This document shows, one piece after another, positions 41,477 through 54,639 of a DNA stretch of 64,000 bases; the stretch's first letter is position 1; every line of letters starts with the position of its first letter. The notes below the pieces were generated by a model. The model made no database searches. It was given only the letters and a program-made list of their open reading frames with translations, and was not told the origin of the DNA. Source of the stretch: Octopus vulgaris. Its lineage: Eukaryota. Position numbers and translations under genes: made by a program. The stretch lies in assembly GCA_951406725.2 (NCBI GenBank), contig OX597815.1, positions 81,220,001 to 81,284,000 on the forward strand, written 5' to 3'.

Positions 41477-41893
41477 TACACATAAATATACACATACATA
41501 CATGCACACACAGGCACATGATACACACACACACACACACAGTGTAAATGTTCACATTAAGTCATGTAATAGTAAATCCTAGTTATACAACTTTTGATGG
41601 TTGAGGGATTATGCTATGCAGTTACAGTAAGGAAATGTTATCTTGCTTGTTATGCATTTTAATGTACAAATCACACAAATAATTAGGTTACGGGTTTCTC
41701 AAGTTCATTACCAAAGAAACCGCACCAGAATTAATGATACAAACTACACTGCAAAATCATTTATATTCATAGTAATATAATCCATGGTAATAATGCACAG
41801 GGCATTTGTGAAATTTTATCTTAAGAAATCACATAGAGTTCTACAACCAATTCAGTACTTTGTATTGTACATTGAATTTCAGAACATCGAAAA

Positions 41894-42579
41894 CAAGGGC
41901 GGGGAACCACCGGCCCATGGACACAATTGCGCCTGCAAGCATATTTTATTGCGCCCGTACTCATATGTACAAAATATGGTAAATTTTTCAATTGTAGAAA
42001 TTTTACTACACTCTCGGAGTGGTTGGCGTTAGGAAGGGCATCCAGCAATAGAAACTCTGCCAAATCAAGATTGGAGCCTGGTGCAGCCATCTGGTTCACC
42101 ATCCCTCAGTCAAAATTGTCCAACCCATGCTAGCATGGAAAGCAGACGTTAAACGATGATGATGATGATGATGCATATGCCTATTTGCAACATAGGCCAG
42201 TGTTTCCACTATGACTTAAAATGGTTAGATCTCGATCAGAAAATCGTCCAGTAATTGCCATTTGAATGGAAATTTTGTTTTCGTTATAACACACATATTA
42301 CTAGGTTTGTACCACCTCCTTCAGACCCAACTACACTGTAGCTGAAAAATATAGAAACCTCATAAGTAATATAAATATCCTAAATTCAGTGGTGGCATTA
42401 ATGAAGATGTTATGCATTAATTTAATGTGTTAAACTTATCTTTATTAATGTATATTAAATTATACATAGATATATACAAGATTTACATAGATATAAGAGT
42501 TAGAACTTGTGATCTGCTCGCGGACCTTTTTACTTTGGAAATTTTTGCCCACCACATCAAAAAGTTATCCCCACGCCTG
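41894..42579. mobile_element. Old hAT-type non-autonomous element with nested family-C fragment (42005-42173)
   Basis: CAAGGGCGGGGAACC..CGGCCC left end and ATCCCCACGCCTG right end. The TSD is poorly conserved. Confidence 0.5.
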
Positions 42580-42587
42580 CTCTAAAG

Positions 42588-42816
42588 CAATGTTTCTCAA
42601 CTGAAGGTCCTACATGAGATTTTGTTGTTAAAACTTATGTGCAATAAATTGCTTGTATTTCTACAATATAAAAAATATAAAATTTTTTTTTTAAATACAA
42701 TTCCTAATAATATTTGATAATAGAAATATAAGACTATTTAAACACTGAATTGCCCTGAGGTTAAAGTAAGGCTCAAAGAGATCTATAGTAGGAAGAGAAA
42801 TGGTTGAGAATGATTT
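42588..42816. mobile_element. hAT MITE
   Basis: CAATGTTTCTCAAC / GTTGAGAATGATTT ends; TSD CTCTAAAG / CTCAAAAG (7/8). Confidence 0.65.
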
Positions 42817-44787
42817 CTCAAAAGTAATAACCGAATAATGATCAAACTTTGGAATTTAATCTAAAGGTATGTTTAAAAATAATCAACTTTTATATGAGTA
42901 TGTACAGTATATGCATGCGCACATGTGTATGTATACAAAACATAAACATGAAGTTAGAAAAAAATATAAAAATCACATACGAATAATATATAATGGATTT
43001 TTTCTTAGTTGGTTAAAAGGAAACATTGAATAAGGAAGCAAGATTTGAATAGTCACCATTCAATAGTGGATTCTATCCTTTGACCACCTGTTTCTGTAAT
43101 ATATTGGTATATTATCTTAATCCTTGAGATTTAGAATTTTATTGATATATTATGCTTACCCCCCACCCCCTGCCCTCATATACTTCTTTACATGTCATCA
43201 GCAATTGGATAAGGATCAGTTTAGCTGCTACACTGAGTGAGCATGAATAACAACCAAACAAAAGTTAGCATGCTCTTGATGTCAAGTAGCTCCCATCATC
43301 AAATCAACTAGAGCAAGTCATCTGCGCCAAACAAAGCATTCACTTTTTGTTTCTTGTCATAACCTTAGGCTTTCTCGAGTGGGAGTATCCTGTTCTAATA
43401 ATCTACTCTCAAATATTTACATAACAAACCACAGCCTGCTCTCTAAGATAATTATACAGCTTAAAGCATGCTCTCAGATAATTTTGTGACTGTAACCCCC
43501 AAAGAGAGGAAACACGTAGAACAAGATTTAGTTTCTTCATTTGTTGGACATGTTCTCCCTAGCTGGTTATAAAACCTATAAAATTTATTTTGTGCAAGAT
43601 TTGTTAAAGGTATGGGGAAAAGTTCATCGATCAGGAGGTAGGGAGTTAAGCAGCATTCTTCAACTCCTATAAATTTGGCTAAAACACAGAGCAATGAAGA
43701 GTAGGAACATGTGACAGGTGCCAACTGAACCTTGAGTCCACTTTGGTCAAGACATGCTATTTCAAATTTTATTTTTAAATTTAATTTTTCAGGTAAGATG
43801 TAATTCAAAGGAGATTTAGCTGCTATTTCTCAAAGGTCAAACAACCACATAGAAGATACTACACTGGTTTGTTTCTTGGTTGTAATGCTAATTAATGGCT
43901 GATAGTGTTGCTAATGGCTGTTAATGGTTGTTGTGGTGATGATGATGTCACTAATGGCTATGATGATGCTGATAGTGTTGCTAATGTTAGCGATAGTGTT
44001 GTAATGGTTTCTGTGATGATGATAATATCACTAATGGTTGTAATGGTGCTGATAGTGTTCAAAATAGTTGTACTAGTGAGTATCACTAATGGTTCACTTA
44101 TCACTGTGCTGGTGGTGATGACGGCGATGCTGTTGATTTGATGCTGTTTCACTAAATGGTTAGGAATTATTCCACACTGTTTACTCAAAAGAACTAAAAG
44201 AGTAGAAAAACGAAAAATGAATAAAGGGAAGAGAGAGAGAGAGAGAGATATTATGAGTAAAATCAAGAAAAATAAATACACACCATACACACAACGAAGA
44301 CATCACCCACCCATACACTCAATAGAAATAATATTACATAGCTTACGGAAAATATATTATCATTGCAATCATCATCATCATCATTATTATTATTATTATT
44401 ATTATAAATGTTGGGTGTTGCCTATGTCCACACAAAGTTGAGTAATGAAATAGGTGACAGTAAAATTGCAGTCACACATATAAATAAACACACAAATACA
44501 ACAGAGACGAAACACACACACACACACACACACACGACACAATTGTGTATAATGGAGTTTTCAAATTTCAAAAGAATCTTGGAATAGCAACAACAACAAA
44601 GATTTTAAAAAGAAAGAAAGAACAACAATGAATTGATGATGATGATGATTACAAAGATAACTGTTAATGGCAGCTGTGTAATGATGATGATGATATTTTT
44701 GTGTTCTGCCAAAATAATACTTATTAAATGATAACAACAACAACAACATTTTAAATGTTGAACAACCGTTATCTTTGTAATTGTGTA

Positions 44788-44823
<36 letters not shown>

Positions 44824-45115
44824 TGAAGGTGGTGGACAGAGCAGTAATGGGCAGCATATAATCATAGCTTGTTATCATGTACGTGTGTATGAGAGGAAGA
44901 GAGAGAGAGTTTTCATACATACACTTATACACCTACTCAGGTGTATATGTATTTATGTAAGTACACAGATGTGCATAAATTGAAATGTATGCATTGCGCA
45001 CAGGTGTACACATAAGAAATTTTAGCTTTGTGTATTATTATTTTTATATAAGGTATTCACACACACAAAACACACATTTTATCAGAATGCATGCACACCA
45101 ACAAAACAGTGTGAA

Positions 45116-45155
<40 letters not shown>

Positions 45156-46152
45156 AACATATATGTATGGTATGTATGTATGTATAAGCTGATTTAAATC
45201 ATGCAGATATACATACATATGCACGCATATATTTAAATGGTTTCTCAGAAAAATGAGAGTATACTGAATACGGTGTGAAGATAGTCAACTTTCCCTCGAA
45301 TCACAACTATCTGAAAAACCCTCAAGCACAAAACTGCAAAATATGAAAAGAGTACTATTTACTTACTATACCAGAAGTCACTTTTTATTGATATGGCACC
45401 ATCATTCATCCACCTATCTGTTATTCTATGACTTTACAAGTTAATGTGTCTGCCCACCTTCCTACCAATATGCATATATGTGTGGGTGCGTGTATGTGTG
45501 TGTGTACGTGTGTTTATCCAGCTATGTATTTGTTGGTCTATTCATCCGCAGTCCTCCATTCTGTGTACATATTTTTCATTTATGCACATACAACAATCTC
45601 TGGCTCTTTCTCTCTCTCATGACATTAAGCCAGATTCCACCAGTGTTCCAGAACATAAATCTTTAGTAAACTATGCATAGTTAGCAGCTCTTATGTCGTT
45701 TTATAGACATCATCATAACCCAAAACCCCACTAGCTAAATTATTTTTGTTTCCCCCCCAGTCAAAAGACTCCAGAGGGCCTACTGAGATGTGAGTCTGTG
45801 AAAGAACCCCACTCTTATGTTAAAACACATACACACACGTCATTATTTAATAGTTAGTAAAGATCAGAGAGATTTATCAGTTACTGGAAAGAATTATCCA
45901 TTGTTAATTCTAGTGGAACATACCATAGAGAAGCGATAGGAGGCAGTCTGACTAGACTTCCAGTGAGATATATGTAGAATAGTACTGCAGCAAACAGTTC
46001 ATTACAAATATCTTTGTCATTTTTTTTTTCCTGATATATCATCACCATCTCAATGTAATATCACTGAAATATTTCTATAAATTACATAAAGACATGAATA
46101 GAACCTATTGTGTTAATTAATATTCTAAACCTACATTATTTTCATTTTCATA

Positions 46153-46460
46153 GGGGGCGCAGGCATGGTTGTGTTGTAAGAAGTTTGTTTCACAACAACA
46201 TGGTTTTAAGTTCAGTTCCACTGCATGACACCATGGGCAAGTGTCTTGTACCTTAGCCTTGAGTCACCAAGGGCCTTGTGAGTGGATTTGCAAGCTGGAA
46301 ACTAAAAGAAGCCCATCGTATGTATGTGTGTGTGTTTGCATTTTTGTCTCTTGAACATCACTGTCATACAAATGATGCTGTTTGTTCGTAACCTTCTGTG
46401 GAAAGCTGTCCTGCTATGAGGGTGGGGTGGGGGAATACCTTGCTTGGAAACAGGTAAGGG
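46153..46460 (+). mobile_element. Family-B-headed SINE variant
   Basis: GGCGCAGGCATGGTTGTG...TTCAGTTCCACTGC..CACCATGGGCAAGTGTCTT...GGAAACTAAAAGAAGCCCATCG, followed by a different 3' part. Confidence 0.75.
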
Positions 46461-47788
46461 GTTGTAAGATGGATGTTATGATGATCCGTATAAAACATCA
46501 TTTATGAATCAAGTGTTTTGTGACTTCGATTCTTTTTGAAAAGAAGAAAAAGAAAATCGCGTGAATGTAAACCTATACATAAGACCAAAAATTTAAAAGA
46601 GAAAAAAAAAAAACAAAAAAAAACCCTCTTTTATTTTTAAGTAATGGCCTAGTTTCTTTAGTTGTTTCTCTCCTTCCTTACATTCTTTAATCATTTTCTT
46701 TAATAAACATGCATTGCAATGAAAAATAAATTTCAAAAGCAAAAAAAAAACAAAAAAAAAAAAACTAAGATATATACATTACGGATTATATATACAAATT
46801 GATATATAATTTTGTTTTTACATCGGTACAGAACCACAAAATGTATAGCAGAATAGTGATGGCAATGGAGAATGACATGCGATATACACATGCAACTTAA
46901 CTTATCGAGCCCCCATCCAAAAGAGTAAGAGGTAAAGAGGAATTCGATAATGAAACCTAACGTCATTCACAAGTCAAACATGACTATGCTGTTAAGACTG
47001 TGGGAGTATTAGCAAACCTTTGTGCCAGAACAACATAGAATGTGATTTTACGTCAAGTATGACGTAAAGAGGCTTTGGATCTAAAGAGAGTTGTGCAATC
47101 GACTTAACAGTTGACTGAACTTCAAAACATAAGAGTACTCTGTGTGTGTGTGTGTGTAGGCATGGTTGGGTGGTTAAGAAGTTTGGTTTTGAACCACGTA
47201 TGATAATTACTAGAGCTTGCTAAATCAAGGGGCTGATCTTGGAGCTAAACAATGGATAGCTAATATGCTAATGAGGTGGAGTGAGGTTCTTCATGGTGGG
47301 TCACTCTGCTAGCATTGGTAGCCGAATCTCCTTCAAATCACATCCAACTATCTTGAAAGAGAGGACACATTAGCAAATATAGCCCTAGATACTTTGTGTT
47401 TGAATAAAGGGGGAGAAGACTGTTTTGTCATGGCTGTCTCTGGGGGTTAAACAATAGCTTATATTGTGGGTAAAACAAAAACCTTTGAAAGCTAAACTCT
47501 TCTTATCAGACATGTTTATACCCCTTACTCTAATCTAGCTTCCACAGTTAAATCTTCTACCTACCCTAAGAAAATGTAGCACATTTTCATGAAGAAATCC
47601 TCAAAGAGAGAGTGAAGAGATAAAGTTGAAAAAGGATGGGGTGGGTAGGTAGGGCGATTGTTATTATTTCTGCTGGTACTACCACTAAGACAATTCCTGA
47701 AAAGAGTGTGTTGTCACAGAACTATACACCATCCCACCATGTTACCACACTATTAGGTCAACAAGTTACTAATGTGTGTATGTGTGTT

Positions 47789-47854
<66 letters not shown>

Positions 47855-48844
47855 AAAGAGAGAGAGAGAGAAAGTAACACACACACACACTAAAGTCAAA
47901 CATTCAACCATTAGAGCAAATAATGAAGTCCCATATACACAACAAATACAAGTCAGAACAATGCAGGAAAGTCAAAACACATTCATATACAGGAAGACAA
48001 TATGAAGAACCATCACATCAAAGAACCCAGATCACACTTACGCATGTGTGTGTGTGTGTGTGTGTGTGTGTCTAAGTCATGAGACAAACAGACATACAGG
48101 CAGCAACAAGAATAAGCACGAAGATCAAAGAAGAATTAAGCTAACAGGAAATATTAAAATCATGATTAAGGTTCTGATATTTACCAAAGGAATTGTACTG
48201 ACATTGACTGTAAAATGACTGCTAGTGCTGGAGAGTGGAGACGGGGAGAGGAGGAGGGAAAAGTGTGTGTGTGTGTGTGTGTGTAAGTGGGGGGATGGCA
48301 GGGTATGTGTGTATCATCAATTACGTTTTTGTTCTTTCCTTGACCCTGAGATGAGGGTGGGGTGAAGGGTGAAATATGAGATAAGATGAATATAGCAACA
48401 TGCATATATAAATGTGTGTGTGTGTGTGTGTGTGTGCACACGCTCGCACACAATTGTTGTATTACAGCATTGAAGTACTCTGTATCTATATCAGAGTTCA
48501 TGGAAAAAGTTCAGATTAATTTTCGTCGATGCAAACCACCAACAATTTCAGCAGATTGCGGATCTGTTTAGATAAGGTAACGATAACATGTACAACGTAA
48601 ATTAATAAACACTTTATTCTACTCACTCTCAAATAAGATATTTATATTGCTGATATTTCAGTGAAAATGCTATCATCATAACTCAAGACTTCAGAGTTTC
48701 CTTCAAATTTCAATCATCTATTGCAGGTTGTTCATGTACTCTGTAACCTTTTTTTTTTTTTCATCTGGTAGATTTTATGAAAGAGCATTTCTAAATAAGC
48801 TGTCTTGTGAATTGGATGAAAGACAGCTGATATATACTTTAAAA

Positions 48845-49141
48845 CAGTAGTTCCTAAACTTTTTCAGCTAGCTGCCCTCTTGGCACTCAGGCCTCATTCC
48901 TAGTGCCCCTGCCCCCTCACTCATGACCACAAACATATACCACTTTCTGCAGCAGATTCAAAACATCTGTATTTCACAAACAAAACTTAGCCTAATTAAC
49001 TCATTACTGTGGTTTTCTTTTTTAAATCCATGGCTCCCTTTTGGCCACCCCATTATCGCCTCACTTTTCATCAACACCCCCACCCAGATCTTTCAACTGC
49101 CTCCAGGGGACAGTTGAAACTGCCCACTTTGAGAACCATTG
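48845..49141. mobile_element. hAT MITE
   Basis: CAGTAGTTCCTAAA / TTTGAGAACCATTG ends; perfect 8-bp TSD CTTTAAAA (48837-48844, 49142-49149). Confidence 0.85.
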
Positions 49142-49769
49142 CTTTAAAATACAACTGATATACTAAAACACCCAGCTGAACTCTCATGTAAAATGCTTAC
49201 CTGACTACACATGCACTCAGGCATCTGAAACGCCACTTAAGCTTGTGTGCACGCACATACAAGTATGAATAATTAATGTGCCATTGGCCTCCAAGTTGAA
49301 ATGTCTTGACTTTCAATCTGCTGCATCGATTTGTGTAATAGTTCGTGTCAATGCCAGATCCTCCAAAGTGGCCACAACAGTAAAATGGTTAGGATACTTG
49401 CGGCATATTTCTATATAACACGATTTCCCATGGTAAAAGAAATCAATATCAGATATTCTCATAGTACCATCCACGACAAACAACTGACATGCTATCTATT
49501 GGCTTGTGGAAAGGAGAGGGTCAATGGTACTTATCTGTCAGGTGAGCAATGGAAATCCACTATAAATATAGAATTGCAGGCATGTTACATAATTAGTTTA
49601 ATGATATATAACCCCACAAAATATAAATTTGGATAAGATGTAAATGTTTAATTTTTGTCCTATCTCTGAGTTTGAATTATTACAAAAGTGTATGATATCA
49701 AAAATTATTGATCACCCAAACGACATTATTGTGGCTTCTGTTGTGACCAAAAACTTATTGTTCTAAACG

Positions 49770-49855
49770 GCCTCAGTAGCACAGTGTGTCAGTCTCATAG
49801 TTGTGCCTTGAATAGAGGAATCTGGAGATGGTGAGTTCGATCCTCACCTGGGGCT
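49770..49855 (+). tRNA. trnM: Elongator tRNA-Met(CAT)-like gene with a 20-nt canonical-position intron; D-arm partly deleted, probable pseudogene
   Basis: Acceptor stem GCCTCAG/CTGGGGC; anticodon arm TCAGT-CTCATA[intron 49800-49819]A-TCTGG; T arm GTGAG-TTCGATC-CTCAC; T5 terminator at 49858-49862. Closely matches eukaryotic elongator tRNA-Met except for ~7 nt missing in the D arm and CpG-type changes. Confidence 0.8.
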
Positions 49856-49865
49856 GATTTTTATA

Positions 49866-50110
49866 GGCACAGGTATGGCTGTGTGGTAAGAAGCTTGCTT
49901 CCCAACCACATGGTCCTGGGTTCAGTCCTACTGCCTGACACCTTAGGCAAGTGTCTTCAACTATAATCTCAGGCCAACCAAAGCCTTGTGAGTGGATTTT
50001 GTAGATAGAAACTGAAAGAAGCCGATCGTGTGTGCATGTATATATATATATACATACACGATGGACTTCTTTCAGTGGATTTGGTAGATGGAAACTGAAA
50101 GAAGCCCATC

Positions 50111-50151
<41 letters not shown>

Positions 50152-50201
50152 CACGATGGACTTCTTTCAGTTTCCATCTACCAAATCCACCCACAAGGCT
50201 T
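49866..50201 (+). mobile_element. Family-B SINE 5' part with duplicated and inverted internal segments
   Basis: Head GGCACAGGTATGGCTGTGTGG. ACTGAAAGAAGCC.ATCGTGT occurs twice forward and twice inverted around (TA)n. Confidence 0.88.
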
Positions 50202-50846
50202 TCATATATGTACATGTTTGTGAGTCTGTATTTGTCCCCTCACCATGCATTTATTCGTCTCTTTGGAAAATATCAACGAATAATGATTACTATATCATTA
50301 ATTTGTTTAAAAATTCTGTGGAGGAGAAAAATTTTTTTTTCTATTTAAAAATGTTTTGCCTCTAAGTTATTTTCCACACAGATTAAGCACTCCACATGAT
50401 TTCAGCAGAAAAATCTACAGAAACCTACATTTACATTTATTTCATTTCTGTTTATACCATTCCTGGAAAATGCTTTTTAAAGTATCTACTCGCGTTCAGT
50501 TGTGGATAAGTGTGTGTGAGTGGGGAGGGGAGTGCTATTCTGCCCATATCAGATATGAAAATGTAACCAACAAAAATTCGTCAATGGACAAACTGACATT
50601 GCAACATAGTATAATATAATGTGGTCTCCTTTTCTCTGACTGCAGAAAAAATATAAAGCCATAAGATATCTGCTGGTTTGTTCATTATTAGATTGACTAA
50701 TTGTTTGGCGATTTGAAAAAACAACACAAAAAATGTGAAGGATTGCATGTGCAATAATTATTATATTCTAATGTCCTACACACACAAACATACAAGTAAA
50801 TTTAAAACATGGGGATAATACGTAATCTGCCCAACAAAATAAATTT

Positions 50847-51226
50847 GGATATTTTCGGTTTGAACGGCAGTTTTTAACATAATTTCTAGGTAACTTTAAA
50901 ATTTTAAACTTTGTATACTGGTAGAATGTGTTTATAAAACATCTTTTTCTCTTAGCTTTATTGAGAAAATTTTATAGTTTGTAAGATATTTGTTTTTTTT
51001 TTTTCCTTCAATTTCTGCAATTTCAACCAATCACTGACGTCTGTTGAGGTAAAAAACATTCAGATTGGGTTTATTTACATTTGTGAAGAAAAAAAAGATA
51101 CTCTTCCCCCAACCCCTAACCCTAAAACAGATTGAAATGCAATTGATCGATACTAGGGTCATAATTATGGGTGACAATTTCATATGACACCGCTAGAAAA
51201 AACTGCCGTTCAAACTGAAAAGATCC
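50847..51226. mobile_element. MITE with ~29-bp TIRs and 8-bp TSD (Merlin-like GG..CC ends)
   Basis: GGATATTTTCGGTTTGAACGGCAGTTTTT / AAAAACTGCCGTTCAAACTGAAAAGATCC; TSD ATAAATTT / ATAAATTC. Confidence 0.88.
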
Positions 51227-51231
51227 ATAAA

Positions 51232-51440
51232 TTCTTTCTACTATAGGCACAAGGTATGAAATTTTTGTTGGGTGTGGACCAGTTGATGACATCACCCCAA
51301 GTGCTTGACTGATCACTTGTTCTGTGGACCTTGAAAGGATGAAAAGTAAAGTTGATCTTGGTGAAATTTGAACTTGAAACGTAAAGAGCTGGAAGAAATG
51401 TTGCTAAGAATTTTTTCTGGCGTGCTTTGCAATTTAGGGA
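51232..51440 (-). mobile_element. Family-A SINE copy
   Basis: GAAAGGATGAAAAGTAAAGTTGATC...AATTTGAACT. Confidence 0.75.
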
Positions 51441-51704
51441 GCTTGCAGCCTTTCTCATCAAAGTAATTAAAGTCAAAAGTAAACAGTGTGCAGGAAATTG
51501 AACCTACGGCTCCATGAGAAGCAGTTAAAGTACAATGCTTGGCCACTTCAACTGTGTGTGAGGGATGAGAGAGGGAGAGAAAGAGAGAGTCTGTGAGGGG
51601 AGGTCATCTCAGGAACGCATGGGAGGACATCTTACGAGCAGGACAGAAGAGGTGGGGGACATCACGAGTTGGAGGAATGGAGTAAGGGAAGGTGTGTGCG
51701 TGTA

Positions 51705-51755
<51 letters not shown>

Positions 51756-54218
51756 CACGGATGTACATGCGAAGGTTGAAGTAGCCGACACCTCAGAGGA
51801 GCCAGAAAGATGGGTCAGTGAGATCTGATGATGACTCAGAGAGAACAGGTGGTGGTGGAGGTGGTAAAGACAGAGAAGAGAGGAACAAAGGGGACTATCC
51901 AGGAAGGAGCCATCCAGTCTAACGACGGAAAGAAATGTAACACCTCGTGACAGTAACGGCGGTGACGGAGGCGGCGGTAATGGTAATGGCGCTTGGCGAC
52001 GGAGGAGGAGGAGTTGGTGGTGGTGGTGGTGGGGACGAGCAAAATAAAAGACGAAATATCTCAGGAGAAATGATGAAAAGACATTAGAACGAATAAAGGT
52101 GGACAGCAGCGGAAAAATATAGCCTGTGTGTGTGTTTAGTAGAGGGTGGTGCGGAGGGGGGGAGAAAGTGTGTGTGTGTGTGTGTATGAGGAGAGATTTA
52201 AATTGAATAAATAAAATGGCAACACAGAACATTAACGCTTGGACACATAATATACAATTAAAAACAAATTCAAGAAACTTCTTCAGGAACAGAAAAAAAA
52301 GTTAATAAATTAGAGAGAGAGAGAGAGAGACTAAGGGAGAGAGAGAGAGAGAGAGAGAAGTAACGAATGTGTAAGCGAGAAATAAAGAATTCAATGAGAA
52401 GAAGGAATAGAGGCGCCACGAAAGCTTAATGAGAGGGTAAAAAAGGAAACAAAAAAAGACAACACTACAAAAAAACAAAAAAAAACAAAGAAAAACCAAG
52501 AATAAAATAACCCCCCCACACACACACACGCGCACGCGCGAAACAAAGAAAAAACCCTAAAAATATACACACGAACAACAAACAAACAAACACTTAAAGA
52601 GACAACAGATAAAAGAATGTGGTGTGTGTATGTGAGTATGTATTAGTGTTCTCCCCCCCTATTTTTTAGTAACCAACAAATAACAAACAGTCCACAGTAG
52701 TAATTATTGAAAAGAGAAAGTGATTTCATTGGAATGTTGTTTTTTTTCTTTTTTTTTTGTTTCTTCTGCTATATAGTAGGGTTTTTTTTGCCTTATTTTT
52801 ATGGATTTTTGTTTTGTTTTGTCGGTGTGTGTGTGTGGAGGGGGGGGGCTAACAACAAGCTTGGAATTTAAATAGTTTACAAACCAAGCTTACAACAACA
52901 AGAGCGGTTAGTTCTAATAGTAGAAAACAACTACCATCGGCAAGAGGAATAATAAAATACCAAAAACACTTGGTATGAAATAATAAAAAAAACAAAACAA
53001 AAAAAAAAACTACAAGACAAGGACTGCGACCATCACCACCAGATACAACAATCACCAGACATACATTTTATGATGCGAATGAATACCACTTCAGATATCA
53101 TGTCATCACCGCCACAGCACAAACACGACTAAAAAGCATAGACACACACACACACACACACACATGTATGCATGTGTATGTATGTATGTACGCATGCGTA
53201 TGTGTATGTGCCTGTCCGTGCGTGTGTGTGTAAGCGGGCATCTGTGTATGTGCGAGCGTGTGTATATGTATTCGTAGAGAGAAAGAAAGGAGGGGAGGAT
53301 CAAACCACCACACACAAATTCTCTCCTGCAGGGGAGATGGTGGAACGAAAAAAAGGAGAAAAAAAAGTGTGCAGGGTAAAGAGGTCGGGGGTGAAACTGT
53401 CCACTACATTCAATTTACCACCTTTCCCCGTCAAAACACACACATTCTGGTATTTTGTTTTTTATTGTTCTGCCGTCTTTTGTTTTCTTTTTGGTGTTTA
53501 TTATTTACCTGTAGAGTTTTTTTTTAGTCAGCAGCGACAACGCAGCAAATTACAGCTCTCTTGTCTCTCTCTCTACTAACTTGTTATATTATAAAACAAC
53601 ACCTGACATACGAATAACCAGGAACAACAATGTTTAAGAACAAGTTCGAACAGTGTGTATAACGTCTGTGGAGGGAGAGTAGATAGGGGAGGATGGGACA
53701 GAGGAGGTGATGTAGTGAGTTTATGACGAATTAGAGAGAGAGAGAGAAAAACAAAAAGGTGAGAGAAGGAGTTATATTCGTTGGTTGTGCGTGTGTTTCG
53801 ATGTATATTTGTAAAAGGTAGGAGTTACCGTTGTTTAAGTTCCAAGCCAGCGCTGGCCGAGCAGGCTTATTTTTGATCCTAGATCAAAAATATTCCAAGG
53901 CCATCGCGTACATTTTTTAAAAACCTTATGTGCAAGGAACCCAAGCTGTGTAATCTAACGGGTCCCACTACGTACGATTTCAGAAGATTTGGCTGTTTTA
54001 TCACGTCGTCGACAGATCACCAAGCGGCTCCTTGATCAGCTTGAATGATAACTAGGATAGTTTATATTATTATTGTAAAAGCGAAGACCTTTTTCAACTC
54101 CCTTTTCTCAGTTATTTCATTAACACGCTTTCTTTCAAGTCTACTTTCACTTTCCAACAAAACATCAATGCAATCTCTGACATAATTGGAACTAGACGGC
54201 AACGCTAATCATCCTTGC

Positions 54219-54254
<36 letters not shown>

Positions 54255-54639
54255 GGGGGGGTGGATACGGACACAGCAGCAGCAGCAAAATCTTTTCCAG
54301 TAATTCCCAGTACTGAAAACATTTATATCCGCACTACAAATCCGCTATACCAGCAAAACAATCATGCTTATATACCATCTAAACCCTGTTACAGATACAG
54401 TGTTTCCCACGACGGAATTGAGGTGGTGGGGGAAACAGTCACATTAAAAATAAAAAAAAATTGCCAACTTGTAAAATCTGTCAAACACATTGGAGGAGTA
54501 AAAAAGAATTACATGCTAACAAAATCGACCTTGTGATCTCCGTTTCTCTCCCAACTTCCAAAGCCATCTTTTTGCGATTCTATCATCATCCCCACAACAA
54601 CTAATCACTACCTACAACATAGGTTCTCAAAGTGGGCAC

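Noticed and set aside
43150-43720. Possible RT remnants on the minus strand (LIDELF, YNQL, GADDLL)
   Set aside because: Motif spacing fits neither Ty3/gypsy nor LINE RT convincingly; needs a translated search.
43766-43798. Plus-strand TTTTTCAG|GTAAGA ratchet-like site
   Set aside because: Lies within a family-D repeat and is opposite to the inferred gene orientation.
47488-47506. TTCTTATCAGAC resemblance to U2 snRNA / miR-21
   Set aside because: About 10-nt match only, with no flanking similarity or hairpin.
51492-51552. tRNA-like A/B boxes on the minus strand (also 63100-63160)
   Set aside because: No cloverleaf can be built; probably decayed SINE heads.
51609-52232. 207-aa minus-strand ORF
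   Set aside because: Runs through (CT)n, (CA)n and CCA/CCT repeats with no domain; more like UTR/promoter DNA.
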